A DNA stretch of 64,000 nt from an uncultured Collinsella sp. (GTDB lineage: Bacteria > Actinomycetota > Coriobacteriia > Coriobacteriales > Coriobacteriaceae). Numbering within the stretch: position 1 is the stretch's first letter; every line of letters begins with the position of its first letter. A program made the translations under genes and the position numbers. This document shows positions 28,157 to 38,084 of this stretch, one piece after another. The DNA is taken from positions 45,783 to 109,782 of the forward strand of contig CABQSP010000001.1 in NCBI GenBank assembly GCA_902466855.1, given 5' to 3'. The notes below the pieces were generated by a model that saw only the letters and a list, made by a program, of their open reading frames with translations, made no database searches and was not told where the DNA came from.

Positions 28157-29793
28157 TGAAGGCGATCTGGCTTGCGTGCTGCGCGTGCGGCGATTACGGG
28201 CTGTTGCAGCAGGAAGTCGAGGGCCGTGATGCGGGTGCACAGGTGCTTCGCGTGGGTGACCTGGACGGGCTGGTTTCCATGGCGCGGGCGTTTCCGTCGC
28301 GCCGCGGGGCTGCCATCATCGCGGCGTCTCTGTTTGATATCGAAGATGTGCGCAAGACTGTTGCGCGCCTGACGGCCGAAGGCCGCGTGAGTCGCGTGGT
28401 CGTGTTGATAGAAGTGCTCGATCCGTCGGATATCGAGGGGCTGTTTCGCGCGGGGGCGACCGAGGTCATCGCTGCGCACAGTATATGCGGCAACGGGCGC
28501 GCGGGCGAGGGAGCGGTTGATTCCGATCGGCGCATGACGATTGAGCCCGATGCTTTTGTTGATAGGGAACCCGGGGTGCCTCGCGCTACAAGAGGCCCGC
28601 GTGTTGATGATTATGGAAAAGCGGAAGCCGAGCATGGTCGGCGCCCCCGGAACCCCCTTGTATACGATGACGCTGGAGGGCCGGCACAGCATGCTGGCGA
28701 CTCCCCGGCTGTAGATATGGGATACGTGCACGGCGTGAATCTGGCGGATGAACTTGACGAAGTTGAGGGCTTTGCCGGGTGCGGCGAGTTGTCGCTGATG
28801 CGGAGTGAACAGATTGCACAGAACGAGCCTGCCTCGCAGACCGAACAAGCCGCCATGCCGGCTTGGACGCAGCGTGTGGTTGCGGCAGGGGAGACGGGGA
28901 CGCTGTCACCGACGCCTCCGATGCCGCCGGCAGACGCTGCCGCTCCGCAGCATCGAGCTCCGGTCATCTGCGCCATTTCGGGTTCGGGCGGTTGCGGCAA
29001 GTCGACGATCGTTGCCACCATGGCACACGCATCGTCGCTGTTGGGCTTGCGTGCCGCCGTGCTCGACCTGGACCTGATGTTTGGAAACCTTTACGACTTG
29101 TTAGGCGTCGATGCTCCGCGCGATATGGCGGCACTTATCGAGCCGTCGGCGGCGGGCGCGCTCACCGAGCCGGATATCGTAGCCACATCGATGCGCGTGG
29201 CGCCGGGCGTTACGCTCTGGGGTCCCGTCGCGGCGCCCGAGCAAGCCGAGCTCATGGCACGTCCGGTGGAGCTACTGCTTGATGTTCTGCGTCGCGAATC
29301 CGACGTGGTCTTTATCGATACCTCGGTCTTTTGGGGTGATGCCGTGGCGGCTGCGGTGGCGGCGAGCGACCGTTGCCTGGTCGTTGGCGATGCTGCGGTA
29401 TCGTCCGCGACATCGGCGTCGCGCGTCATTGAGCTGGCAAGTCGAGTAGGTGTGCCGCGCACGCGCATGAGCGCTGTATTCAACCGGTTTGGCGCGCGCG
29501 GGGCAGACGAGGACGTCGCCATGCGCTTTGAGATTGCCTGTGCGTTGAGCTCCAAGATTCGTATCGCCGATGGCGGGCAGGATCTCGCCGCGCTCATGGC
29601 GTTTGGGCGCGCTGACGAGGCAGTGGGGCAGACCAGCGCTTTTGCGACCAGCGTGCGCGAGGCCACGCGCGAGATGCTCGTGGAACTGGGGTGCGCCGTC
29701 GGCCCTTGGAGCGATATGGTCGCCGACCGTGCAACGCGCACCGAACGCCCGCGTATCCGCCTTCCCTGGTCGCGCGAGGGTGATCAGCGATGA
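28153..29793 (+). CDS. tadZ: Tad pilus assembly ATPase-like protein TadZ/CpaE (receiver-like N-domain + ParA/MinD-type P-loop)
   Basis: Deviant Walker A 'ISGSGGCGKSTIV' follows a pseudo-receiver N-terminal domain. Confidence 0.8.
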   Translation: MMKAIWLACCACGDYGLLQQEVEGRDAGAQVLRVGDLDGLVSMARAFPSRRGAAIIAASLFDIEDVRKTVARLTAEGRVSRVVVLIEVLDPSDIEGLFRAGATEVIAAHSICGNGRAGEGAVDSDRRMTIEPDAFVDREPGVPRATRGPRVDDYGKAEAEHGRRPRNPLVYDDAGGPAQHAGDSPAVDMGYVHGVNLADELDEVEGFAGCGELSLMRSEQIAQNEPASQTEQAAMPAWTQRVVAAGETGTLSPTPPMPPADAAAPQHRAPVICAISGSGGCGKSTIVATMAHASSLLGLRAAVLDLDLMFGNLYDLLGVDAPRDMAALIEPSAAGALTEPDIVATSMRVAPGVTLWGPVAAPEQAELMARPVELLLDVLRRESDVVFIDTSVFWGDAVAAAVAASDRCLVVGDAAVSSATSASRVIELASRVGVPRTRMSAVFNRFGARGADEDVAMRFEIACALSSKIRIADGGQDLAALMAFGRADEAVGQTSAFATSVREATREMLVELGCAVGPWSDMVADRATRTERPRIRLPWSREGDQR

Positions 29794-31118
29794 GCCTGCA
29801 AACGAGGATTAAGGCTGCCGGCGCTGCAGCGGCGGCAGCGCCTGTAGATGCGGGGCGTCGCCGCGCGGTGAAACGACGCACCAAGCGCGCCGTGATGGAC
29901 CGCATGGGTTACGACGAAGTGGCGCGTATCAGCGCCTATGTCGACCCGGCACTTGCCCGCTCGGAATTGCGTCCCGCGGTGGAGGCGGCGCTCAATGTTG
30001 AGGAGCCGACCGATCTCGCGACGCCCGAGCGCGAGACCATCATCGACGAGATTTTGGATGACGTGGTGGGCTTGGGGCCGTTGCAGCCGCTCATCGAGGA
30101 CGACACCGTTACCGAGATCATGATCAACGGCTGCCGCTCGGCTTTCTTTGAACGCGGCGGCGTCTTGTATCCCATCGAGCATGCGTTTGAGGATGATGAG
30201 CAGATCCGTGTGCTTATCGACCGCATTATCTCGCCACTTGGCCGCCGTATCGACGAGCGCAGCCCCATCGTCAACGCCCGCCTCAAAACGGGCTATCGCG
30301 TCAACGCGGTGATTCCGCCTGTGGCGATTGACGGACCGATTCTCACCATCCGAAAGTTCTCGGACCGTATCTGCTCGCTGGACGAGCTCGTGGGGTTGGG
30401 ATCGCTGCCGCTTTGGTATGCGCAGCTGCTGTCGTGTGCGGTGTCGCTGCGACAGGACCTGGCGGTTGCGGGAGGCACGGGATCTGGTAAGACCACCCTG
30501 CTCAACGCGTTGTCATGTGAGATTTCCACCGGCGAGCGCATCGTGACGATCGAGGACTCTGCCGAGCTCAAGTTTGCGCATCATCCGCACGTGGTGCGCC
30601 TAGAGGCGCGCGAGGCTTCAATTGAGGGCGAGGGCGCGGTGACGATCCGCGACCTGGTGACTAATGCCCTGCGCATGCGCCCCGACCGCATCGTGGTGGG
30701 CGAGGTGCGCGGTGCCGAGTGCTGCGACATGTTGCAGGCCATGAACACGGGCCACGACGGGTCGCTCACCACGCTTCATGCGGGTTCAGAACAGGAGACC
30801 GTGGTGCGTCTGACGTTGCTTGCACGTTATGGCATCGATCTGCCGAGCGAGCTCATCGAGGAGCAGATTGCCATGGCACTCGACGGTATCGTGATGTCCG
30901 AGCGCCACGCCGATGGCAGGCGTTTTGTCTCCTCGTATTCGGGGGTGCGACGCGCCGCATCGGGCGGCGTAGAGCTCGAGCGCTATGTGACGTTCGATGC
31001 CGCCGAGCGCACCTGGACGCTTGACCGCGAGCCGCCGTTTATCGCAGAAGGCCTGCGGTCGGGGACGCTCACACAAGAGGAGGTGGACGAATGGAGATCA
31101 CTGTGCCCCTCGTCGTAG
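29790..31118 (+). CDS. tadA: Tad/type II-IV secretion ATPase CpaF/TadA
   Basis: '[14 protein letters not shown]' is Walker A. 'TIEDSAELK' is in the Asp box region. '[14 protein letters not shown]' is the His box. Confidence 0.9.
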   Translation: MSLQTRIKAAGAAAAAAPVDAGRRRAVKRRTKRAVMDRMGYDEVARISAYVDPALARSELRPAVEAALNVEEPTDLATPERETIIDEILDDVVGLGPLQPLIEDDTVTEIMINGCRSAFFERGGVLYPIEHAFEDDEQIRVLIDRIISPLGRRIDERSPIVNARLKTGYRVNAVIPPVAIDGPILTIRKFSDRICSLDELVGLGSLPLWYAQLLSCAVSLRQDLAVAGGTGSGKTTLLNALSCEISTGERIVTIEDSAELKFAHHPHVVRLEAREASIEGEGAVTIRDLVTNALRMRPDRIVVGEVRGAECCDMLQAMNTGHDGSLTTLHAGSEQETVVRLTLLARYGIDLPSELIEEQIAMALDGIVMSERHADGRRFVSSYSGVRRAASGGVELERYVTFDAAERTWTLDREPPFIAEGLRSGTLTQEEVDEWRSLCPSS

Positions 31119-32017
31119 GGGGCTTGGCAGGGCTTTCTGTCGCGACGGCGTGCGGGGCGGAACCTCGTGTGCCGCAGGTACCGCCGGCGGAGCTGGCACG
31201 TCAGGCGCTCGAGACGGTGGCAGAGAAGCTGCCGCGTGAGCTGGTGGAAAACGATCTGCTGAAAAAGATCGCCCGTTCGTGGGCATCGCTGGCTCCGGCG
31301 CATCGCCTTGGCCTCGTGATCGAAGATGCTTCGGGACGTTTGGCGTTTCTGCTGCTATCGAGCGGTGTCTGCTGCGTTTTACTAACGATGGTGTCGTTAT
31401 CGCCCCTCGGATTTGCCTTGGGACTTGTTGCTCCGTTTGCCGTTGGTGCCGCTCGGGATGGCTTTGAGAGCCGGCGCGAGCAACACGATGCAGAAGAGGC
31501 AATGCCCGAGGCGTTTACCGCACTTTCCATGTCGCTTGCCTCGGGACATTCGCTGGCCCAGGGCATGCGCTTTGTGGGCGCTCATGCGCAAGAGCCAGTG
31601 CATACCGAGTTTTTGCGGGTGGCGGCGGCGATCGATTGCGGCATCTCGGCGACCGACGCGCTCGATGACTTGCTCGTGCGTATCGACGCCCCCGGTCTTT
31701 CGCTTGCGACCTTGGCGCTTAAGGTGTCTCAGCGCACCGGCGCTCCGCTTGCCGACTTACTGTCCGAGGCGTCGAGCATGGTGGGGGAGCGCATTGAGCT
31801 CAAGCGCCGCCTGGATGTTAAGACGTCGCAGGCCCGCATGTCTGCGCATATGGTCGCGGCGATGCCGGCGGGCATGTGCGCGGTGTTGGCGCTGCTTTCG
31901 GCAGATTTTCGTCGCGGTCTTGCGACGCCTGCCGGCGCGGGCGCTGTGGTGCTGGGTCTTGCCCTCAACGCCGTTGCCCTGGTGGTTATCCGGCGCATTA
32001 TGCGGGTGGAGCTATGA
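31091..32017 (+). CDS. tadB: Tad pilus inner-membrane platform protein TadB (GspF-like)
   Basis: T2SSF-like TM protein. Stop overlaps the next start (ATGA). Confidence 0.75.
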   Translation: MEITVPLVVGGLAGLSVATACGAEPRVPQVPPAELARQALETVAEKLPRELVENDLLKKIARSWASLAPAHRLGLVIEDASGRLAFLLLSSGVCCVLLTMVSLSPLGFALGLVAPFAVGAARDGFESRREQHDAEEAMPEAFTALSMSLASGHSLAQGMRFVGAHAQEPVHTEFLRVAAAIDCGISATDALDDLLVRIDAPGLSLATLALKVSQRTGAPLADLLSEASSMVGERIELKRRLDVKTSQARMSAHMVAAMPAGMCAVLALLSADFRRGLATPAGAGAVVLGLALNAVALVVIRRIMRVEL

Positions 32018-32655
32018 GCGCCCCGGTTGCAGTTGCGGCTTGCCTGTGCGCCCTGAGTGTATTTGTCGCGACGGGTTTGGATCGGGCGGATGCACGCAAG
32101 ATCGCAGGGGCCTGCAAGCGCGAGGCGGTGCTGGTCGCTGCCGCGGGTCGCTCGGTGGTCGATGCTCTGACCGCGCGAGTGAAGGGCGCGGTTGGAGCGG
32201 GCGGCCCGGCGCGAGTGTCGCTCGGCGAAGTGTCCGAGATGATCGATGTTGTGCGCTTGGGTCTTTCGGCCGGTCTTTCGTTTGATGCGGCGCTTGAGAT
32301 TTTCTGCGCCAACCGCCGGTCAGTGCTGGCTCTTCGCCTTGAGCGCGCCTGCATGGCGTGGCAGGTGGGCGTGGGCACGCGTGAGGACGAGTTGTTGGCC
32401 GCCGCGCGCGACCTGGACGTGCGAGCGCTCGAGACCTTTGCCATCACGGTGGGGCAGGCGCTCGCCCTGGGTGCCCCACTTGCCGAGACACTGGCCGCTC
32501 AAAGTCGCGAGATCCGTGCGGCTCATCGCGCCGCGGTCGAGCGCGAGATCGAGCGTGCGCCCGTCAAGCTGCTGATTCCCACCGGCACGCTCATCTTGCC
32601 GGCGTTGCTTCTGTCCATATTGGGCCCGCTGCTGGGAGCAGGCGGGATGACGTAG
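32014..32655 (+). CDS. tadC: Tad pilus inner-membrane platform protein TadC (GspF-like)
   Basis: ATG 32014 overlaps the tadB stop. T2SSF-like, 'PVKLLIPTGTLILPALLLSILGPLL'. Confidence 0.75.
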   Translation: MSAPVAVAACLCALSVFVATGLDRADARKIAGACKREAVLVAAAGRSVVDALTARVKGAVGAGGPARVSLGEVSEMIDVVRLGLSAGLSFDAALEIFCANRRSVLALRLERACMAWQVGVGTREDELLAAARDLDVRALETFAITVGQALALGAPLAETLAAQSREIRAAHRAAVEREIERAPVKLLIPTGTLILPALLLSILGPLLGAGGMT

Positions 32656-32665
32656 GGAGGAATAC

Positions 32666-32899
32666 ATGAACACGATGACTGACGCTGCTGGCAAGGTCCA
32701 GGGCTGGGCGTTTTGCCGGGCGGCACATGTTCGTCAGCGCGCCAAGGAACTATTGCAGGAGGAGAGTGCACAGGGTACCACCGAGTATGCCATCTTGGTC
32801 GGCGTGCTCGTGGTGATCGCGATTATCGCCATCGTCGCATTTAAGGGCAAGGTCCAAGATCTATGGAACGCTATCAGCGAGGGCATCAACAGCCTGTAG
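32666..32899 (+). CDS. flp: Flp-family pilin (prepilin)
   Basis: 'EESAQGTTEYAILVGVLVVIAIIAIVAF' is the Flp motif, a G/TEYA followed by a hydrophobic helix. Confidence 0.8.
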   Translation: MNTMTDAAGKVQGWAFCRAAHVRQRAKELLQEESAQGTTEYAILVGVLVVIAIIAIVAFKGKVQDLWNAISEGINSL

Positions 32900-33426
32900 A
32901 GGGCGAACGCCCCGTCGGGGTGCTGCTGGTGTTTGCTTGCCTGACCGTGGCGATAGCGGCGGTGCTTTGGGGGCTTAACGCCGCGCGGCAGCAGCGTCCT
33001 GGGACCGCCTCCGATTTGGGCTCAGATTCGGCGGTGGCGTCTCAAAAAGATGAGATGCGAGATGCGGACGATTCGGATGTCGCTGTCACGGCGCAAACCT
33101 TTCTGCGGACGCTCGACAAGCGGTCTGGCACTGCGACGGATTCGCCTGAGGGCAACGCGATTGCGGTCCGACTTGCATGGTCCGAGGACCGACCGATGAC
33201 CGAAGCGGCGGCGGATATGCTGCGTGCCTATCGCGAGGTACCCACGGCGCAACTTGCTCTGAGCGGCTATCTCGACATCAAGGGAAACGTGTGGGGCGCC
33301 ATCGTACGCGACGGACGCGGCTGGGTCGATATGGTGACAATTGCCGCGGATGCTGGCGATGCTTCGTGTCGTCTGCGCGCCGTGCGCCTGAGCCCGCAGG
33401 CAACGGACCCAAAGGAGGGATCGTGA
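32863..33426 (+). CDS. Hypothetical single-TM protein inside the Tad locus (alternative non-overlapping GTG start ~32917)
   Basis: TM 'VGVLLVFACLTVAIAAVLWGL'. No recognised domain. Confidence 0.4.
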   Translation: MERYQRGHQQPVEGERPVGVLLVFACLTVAIAAVLWGLNAARQQRPGTASDLGSDSAVASQKDEMRDADDSDVAVTAQTFLRTLDKRSGTATDSPEGNAIAVRLAWSEDRPMTEAAADMLRAYREVPTAQLALSGYLDIKGNVWGAIVRDGRGWVDMVTIAADAGDASCRLRAVRLSPQATDPKEGS

Positions 33427-33427
33427 A

Positions 33428-33646
33428 ATGCATGATGTCCTGCGTGAGGAATCTGCCCAGGCGACGGTCGAATACGCCATCGTCACGGTGGCGCTGTTAT
33501 CGATCGTGCTGGCGATCGCGGGGCTTTGGCGTGCCGGCACCGATGGGCGCTTGGCGGCGCTGGTTGAGCGGGCGGCATCCCATGGCGTTGCCTCGACGTC
33601 GGTTATCGACGCCGCTGCGGCCGCTAAGGACATCGCGTTGTATTGA
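33428..33646 (+). CDS. Second Flp-family pilin-like protein
   Basis: 'EESAQATVEYAIVTVALLSIVLAIAGLW'. Confidence 0.7.
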   Translation: MHDVLREESAQATVEYAIVTVALLSIVLAIAGLWRAGTDGRLAALVERAASHGVASTSVIDAAAAAKDIALY

Positions 33647-34118
33647 TATCGCGCGCGAGGACCGGGCGCAGTCTACGGTCGAGGCCGCTTTTTTGCTGCC
33701 GACGTTTCTGACGCTCATCCTTCTCGCACTGCAACCGGTGTGCCTGCTTTATACGCGCGCGGTCATGGAGTCTGCCGCCGCCGAGACCGCGCGGCTCATG
33801 ACCACGACGACGGCGGAGGACGACGATCTTAAGGAGTTCGCCCGCCGCCGACTTGCCGCAGTGCCCAACGTTTCGATCTTTCATGCCGGCGGGCCGTTGT
33901 CGTGGGATATCGAGCTTGGCCGGGCCGGTGCGGGTGGCGTCTCGTCCGTGTCCGTTTCCGGCGAGGTCAAGCCGTTGCCTGTGATCGGTGCGTTTGCGCA
34001 GGCTATGGGTGGTACCGCCGAGGGCGGCTACGTTGAGCTCAAGGTCGATGTCTCGTATCAATCGCGTCCCGAATGGCTGGAGGGAGATTATGATTCGTGG
34101 ATTGCTGCATGGGATTAA
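33645..34118 (+). CDS. tadE: TadE-like (pseudopilin-like) protein; start codon not resolved (no canonical start immediately upstream)
   Basis: 'QSTVEAAFLLPTFLTLILLALQ' is a TadE-type N-terminus. Confidence 0.6.
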   Translation, partial: DIAREDRAQSTVEAAFLLPTFLTLILLALQPVCLLYTRAVMESAAAETARLMTTTTAEDDDLKEFARRRLAAVPNVSIFHAGGPLSWDIELGRAGAGGVSSVSVSGEVKPLPVIGAFAQAMGGTAEGGYVELKVDVSYQSRPEWLEGDYDSWIAAWD

Positions 34119-36243
34119 GCGTTTCTGGTCTAGACGCGTTTTGACGCACCGTCCGAGCTGCCATCGCAAGCGAGGCGACTTTATGGGTCGAGCCGGTGTC
34201 GATCTGTTTATCGAAGATGGCGCCTATACCACGCTTTCTTCTGCCGTGGTCATCCTAGTGGTGCTCACATTGTTGTTTTCGTCGACCGCGGCGATATGGA
34301 GCATGTCGCGTGCCGGGGATACTCAGGTGGCGGCTGATAGTGGCGCGCTGGCGGGTGCCAACGTAGTGTCGTCCTATCACACGGCTGCCACGGTGGTTGA
34401 TGCGAGCATCTTGAGTCTGGGGCTGGCGGGGTTTGCCACGATCGGGACGGGCCTGGTCGCCATCCTCATCCCGGGTGCCGAGCCGGTTGCCGGCAATATG
34501 GTCGACACCGGGATTGAGATCATTAAAACGCGCAACAAGTTTGCCAAAAGCGCATCGGAAGGCTTACAGAAAATCGAGACGGCTCTGCCGTATCTGATCG
34601 CCGCGCGTGCCACGCAGACGGTGTCGGCGCAGGATACCGATAGTGTGACCTATACCGGTACGGCGCTTGCCGTGCCCAGGACATCCGAGTCTGACTTCGC
34701 TGCGCTCAAAGGATCAGAGATCTCGACCGATACCATTAAAGACACATCAGATGATTTAGAGGGTGCGGCCGAGGAGCTGCGGAAGGCTTCTGAGGACACG
34801 GCGAAGGCTAAAGAGCGTGCTTGGCTGGCGGATTGTGGTGGGTCTGACAAGGGCTCGGTCGGCAGCTGTTCTTGCATGTGGGAGCGTGCGAAAAGCCTAA
34901 CGGATCTCTCCGGTGTTCAAAATCCGCATTACTCATCGAGCGTTACGTGGGAGCCCCAAGTTGCCCTTGATCGCGCGAAGGACTACTACCATTGGCGTCT
35001 GACAAATGAGAAGCCCCACGGCTCGAGTGTCGAGATGAAGGCAGAGTCTGCGGCGCGTAAGGCGTTTTATACCTATGCGAGCGCGGAGGTCGATCGGGCA
35101 CATATAACCGAGAACGGAGACAGGGTTTCCTCCTATATTCCGCTGCTGCCGCGCAACTCTGATGAGGTTCGGGCGACGGAGCTCTATACCGATGCGGTGT
35201 GGCCGACGAGCGTGAACGATGACAAGGCGTATCTGCATTACGGGACGACCTGCCCTAACTATAAGAAAGGGACGCCGAGCGGATTTGCTTCGGTTGCCGA
35301 TTACGATGGACAGGATAAATGCAGCAAATGCCATTTTGGCGTTTCGTCGCTTGGTGCTGTTGCGGCGCCTTCAACCTCTATCGAAAACGGCTTCGAATAT
35401 CACTTCGACGAGTTCAAAAAGGCCTTGGAGGAATACGTCAAATGTCGGAACAAAGAGCTTGAGCTCATGCGTCAGACCGAGGATGAGGCCGACCGTGCGA
35501 GCAATGCGTTTGACCAGGCCATTAAAGCGCTTTCGGGCGAGCGTCCGCGTATCGCTCCGCCCGGTCGCAACGGCGTGGTTGCCTTTGCGGTTTCGGGTGC
35601 CATCTCGAGCCCCGATGAGCTCAACTCTTCGTTTAACACGGCAGTCAGGCTTGGCGATCGCGGTGCCATCTCTGCCGCGGTGCTGGCGCCCGATGAGGCG
35701 ACGGCGCAAAACAACGTGCTTTCGCGATTTTTCTCGACATTGAAGGAACGCTCGGGTGGCGTTGCCGGCGTACTCGATGGCGTCATGGATGTCTGGGGAC
35801 GGCTGCTTGTGGGATACGGAGACATCCAAGGTTCGGCCGACGAACTTATGGACGAGATGATTAAAGGCCTAGGAGGGGGCAGCGGCGCGTTGGGCTCCAT
35901 TGCATCGTGGCTCGGCGATACCGTTTCGGCGTCCGTGGCGGCGCTGGGTTTGGAACCGTGCGACTTGCGCCTGCGAAAGCCGGTGCTGACTGATTCCGCC
36001 AACGTCATTAAGAGCCCGGGGTCTGACATTGCCGGTCTCTCTCAAGCGCAAGACAAACTGCGAAGTATTCCGTTGGGCGTGACCGATCCCAAGGCGCTTT
36101 GCGAGGCGTTGGAATATCAAGTCGAACGCACCATCAGCGGTACGGTGTTCACGCTTGCGGAGATTCCTCTGCCCGGCGGCGGTTCCATCCCGCTCACCGT
36201 CGATGTCGCCACGCTGGTTGGCGCTCTGGGCGGTGGGTCGTAA
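34090..36243 (+). CDS. tadG: TadG-like large pilus-associated protein (alternative start 34184)
   Basis: N-terminal TM 'AVVILVVLTLLFSSTAAIW' of Tad-like (PF13400) type, followed by a ~650-aa extracellular region. Confidence 0.6.
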   Translation: MIRGLLHGIKRFWSRRVLTHRPSCHRKRGDFMGRAGVDLFIEDGAYTTLSSAVVILVVLTLLFSSTAAIWSMSRAGDTQVAADSGALAGANVVSSYHTAATVVDASILSLGLAGFATIGTGLVAILIPGAEPVAGNMVDTGIEIIKTRNKFAKSASEGLQKIETALPYLIAARATQTVSAQDTDSVTYTGTALAVPRTSESDFAALKGSEISTDTIKDTSDDLEGAAEELRKASEDTAKAKERAWLADCGGSDKGSVGSCSCMWERAKSLTDLSGVQNPHYSSSVTWEPQVALDRAKDYYHWRLTNEKPHGSSVEMKAESAARKAFYTYASAEVDRAHITENGDRVSSYIPLLPRNSDEVRATELYTDAVWPTSVNDDKAYLHYGTTCPNYKKGTPSGFASVADYDGQDKCSKCHFGVSSLGAVAAPSTSIENGFEYHFDEFKKALEEYVKCRNKELELMRQTEDEADRASNAFDQAIKALSGERPRIAPPGRNGVVAFAVSGAISSPDELNSSFNTAVRLGDRGAISAAVLAPDEATAQNNVLSRFFSTLKERSGGVAGVLDGVMDVWGRLLVGYGDIQGSADELMDEMIKGLGGGSGALGSIASWLGDTVSASVAALGLEPCDLRLRKPVLTDSANVIKSPGSDIAGLSQAQDKLRSIPLGVTDPKALCEALEYQVERTISGTVFTLAEIPLPGGGSIPLTVDVATLVGALGGGS

Positions 36244-36719
36244 TGAGTATCCGCATGCGTCTGCGCGAGGAGCGCGCCCAAGCGACGGTGGAGATGGCAG
36301 TGGTTACGCCCGTTTTGCTGGTGCTGGCACTCATTGTGTACAACGTCATGATCTTTGCCAGCGCTGTCGCGCGCTTCGACCGCGTGGTGCCCGACATCGT
36401 GTTGGCGCACGCCGTGGCGTCGGAGGGGGAGGGCGACGAAAGCTCTGTCGATGCCTCGGCGACGGTCCAGACTCAAATTCTGAATGCCATGGAAGGCTAT
36501 GACTTGCAGATCGAAGTGTCGAGCGAGCAAGGCGCGGAGGCATCGGATGGTGGTCTGCTCTCCCTATCCGGTACGTTTAGGACCTACACCTGCACCATGC
36601 ACTATGAGCCGTGGCCGACTTCTCTCAGCATCGCTGGCGTTCCGCTGGGGGCGCCGACAACGTTGTCGCACGAGCGCGCGGTGACGGTCGATCCATGGCG
36701 TCCGGGGGTGGTCATGTGA
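36243..36719 (+). CDS. TadE-like protein
   Basis: 'EERAQATVEMAVVTPVLLVLALIVYNVMIF'. ATG overlaps the tadG stop. Confidence 0.65.
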   Translation: MSIRMRLREERAQATVEMAVVTPVLLVLALIVYNVMIFASAVARFDRVVPDIVLAHAVASEGEGDESSVDASATVQTQILNAMEGYDLQIEVSSEQGAEASDGGLLSLSGTFRTYTCTMHYEPWPTSLSIAGVPLGAPTTLSHERAVTVDPWRPGVVM

Positions 36720-37075
36720 CCGCGGTCTCGTCCTACATCGCCTACGCGCGGGCACTCAATAGGCTGGGCTGGACGCCGGCCGAGTTTGCGGTGGCGGAGT
36801 CGTTTGCCGTGCGCCTGCGCGGCATGCTGGGACGGTGTCCGGTTGCCGCCAACGGTCTGCCGCTCGTCATGGCATTTCCACGCTGCTCTTCGGTCCATAC
36901 GTGTTTTATGGCCTATCCCATCGACATCGCCTTCATCGATCGCGACGGCAATATCCTCGCGCGCTACGAAAACGTACGTCCCTGGCGTATGTGCTCCTGC
37001 CCCGGCGCCTGGGCCGCATTAGAGCGCCCTTCAATCATTGTTTCGACCCCTGCTCTCCAACGCGTGCCGGCTTAA
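36714..37075 (+). CDS. DUF192 (COG1430) protein, a common accessory of tad loci; GTG start inferred
   Basis: 'AYPIDIAFIDRDGNIL' is the DUF192 core. Confidence 0.6.
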
Positions 37076-37133
37076 GAATTGGCGACAGCGGACTTTCGTC
37101 ATACGAAATTGGGTAAGATGGAGGAGAAGATGC

Positions 37134-37424
37134 ATGGATGTTGAGATCCATCCCAACGCTAAAAAGCACCTGACGGAAAAGCAGGTGCTTAGCGCTTGGC
37201 TTGCGGTTACTGAGTGCATTCGTCGCGAGTCGAAGGACGAGCCGCCGAGATGGCTTGCGATTGGATGGCTCCCAGACGGACGAAGCGTGGAGCTTGTCGC
37301 GGTCGAGCTTGTCCGTGGGGGCTTATCATTCATGCCTTGTCTCCAGTCCAGAAGAAATTTTGGCAGGAGATTGAACGGGCTCGGCAAAGGGGTCGATGAT
37401 GGACAAGACGTATACGGCCGCTAA
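37134..37424 (+). CDS. BrnT-like (DUF497) toxin candidate
   Basis: 'RWLAIGWLPDGRSVELVAVE' resembles the BrnT 'ERFIAIG...GRLLFVVYT' block. It overlaps the downstream RHH gene. Confidence 0.45.
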   Translation: MDVEIHPNAKKHLTEKQVLSAWLAVTECIRRESKDEPPRWLAIGWLPDGRSVELVAVELVRGGLSFMPCLQSRRNFGRRLNGLGKGVDDGQDVYGR

Positions 37425-37683
37425 TGGTCAGGTTGTAACGGATGAAATGATTGACGCGTGGTGCGAGTCGTACGAGCGCGGAGAGTTTCCGGATGGCGAA
37501 CACACCGTTGGTGGGATCGTGCATGGACGGCCCCCGCTCTCAGGTGAGGGGACGGCAACGCTGTCGGTCAAGATTCCTCTGGGAATGAAGGAGGCCATTC
37601 GTCGACGGGCGGCTGCCGAGGGGATGACGCCAAGTGAGTTTGCCCGTGCGGCTCTGAGCGAAAAACTTCTTGCTGCCGGCTGA
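37396..37683 (+). CDS. Ribbon-helix-helix (CopG/BrnA-like) antitoxin candidate
   Basis: 'LSVKIPLGMKEAIRRRAAAEGMTPSEFARAALSEKL' is a canonical RHH. Confidence 0.6.
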   Translation: MMDKTYTAANGQVVTDEMIDAWCESYERGEFPDGEHTVGGIVHGRPPLSGEGTATLSVKIPLGMKEAIRRRAAAEGMTPSEFARAALSEKLLAAG

Positions 37684-37806
37684 TGTCTCTGACGTGCCGA
37701 TTTATAGAACCGAGGCTGTGCTCAAAAACTTTTTTAAAATTCTCGGTTGACCGGAACGCGTCCTTGGTTATACTAATCAAGCCTTGAAACAAGGCACACC
37801 TCAAAT

Positions 37807-37881
<75 letters not shown>

Positions 37882-38084
37882 TTGAATTGACTAGGACCTC
37901 TGCAAAGGGGTCCTTTTCTTTTATGCAGTCCCCTGCGGAAAGCGCATCCCAGACATTCCTCCCGCTTTTGCGTCACTTTTCAGACCATTCGGTCGCCTGC
38001 CCGCACGCGCGGGTATACTCAAAACGATACTTTTCCTATGCAATACGATGCGGGCTCGACCTGCACGATCCGAAGGGGGCAGTG

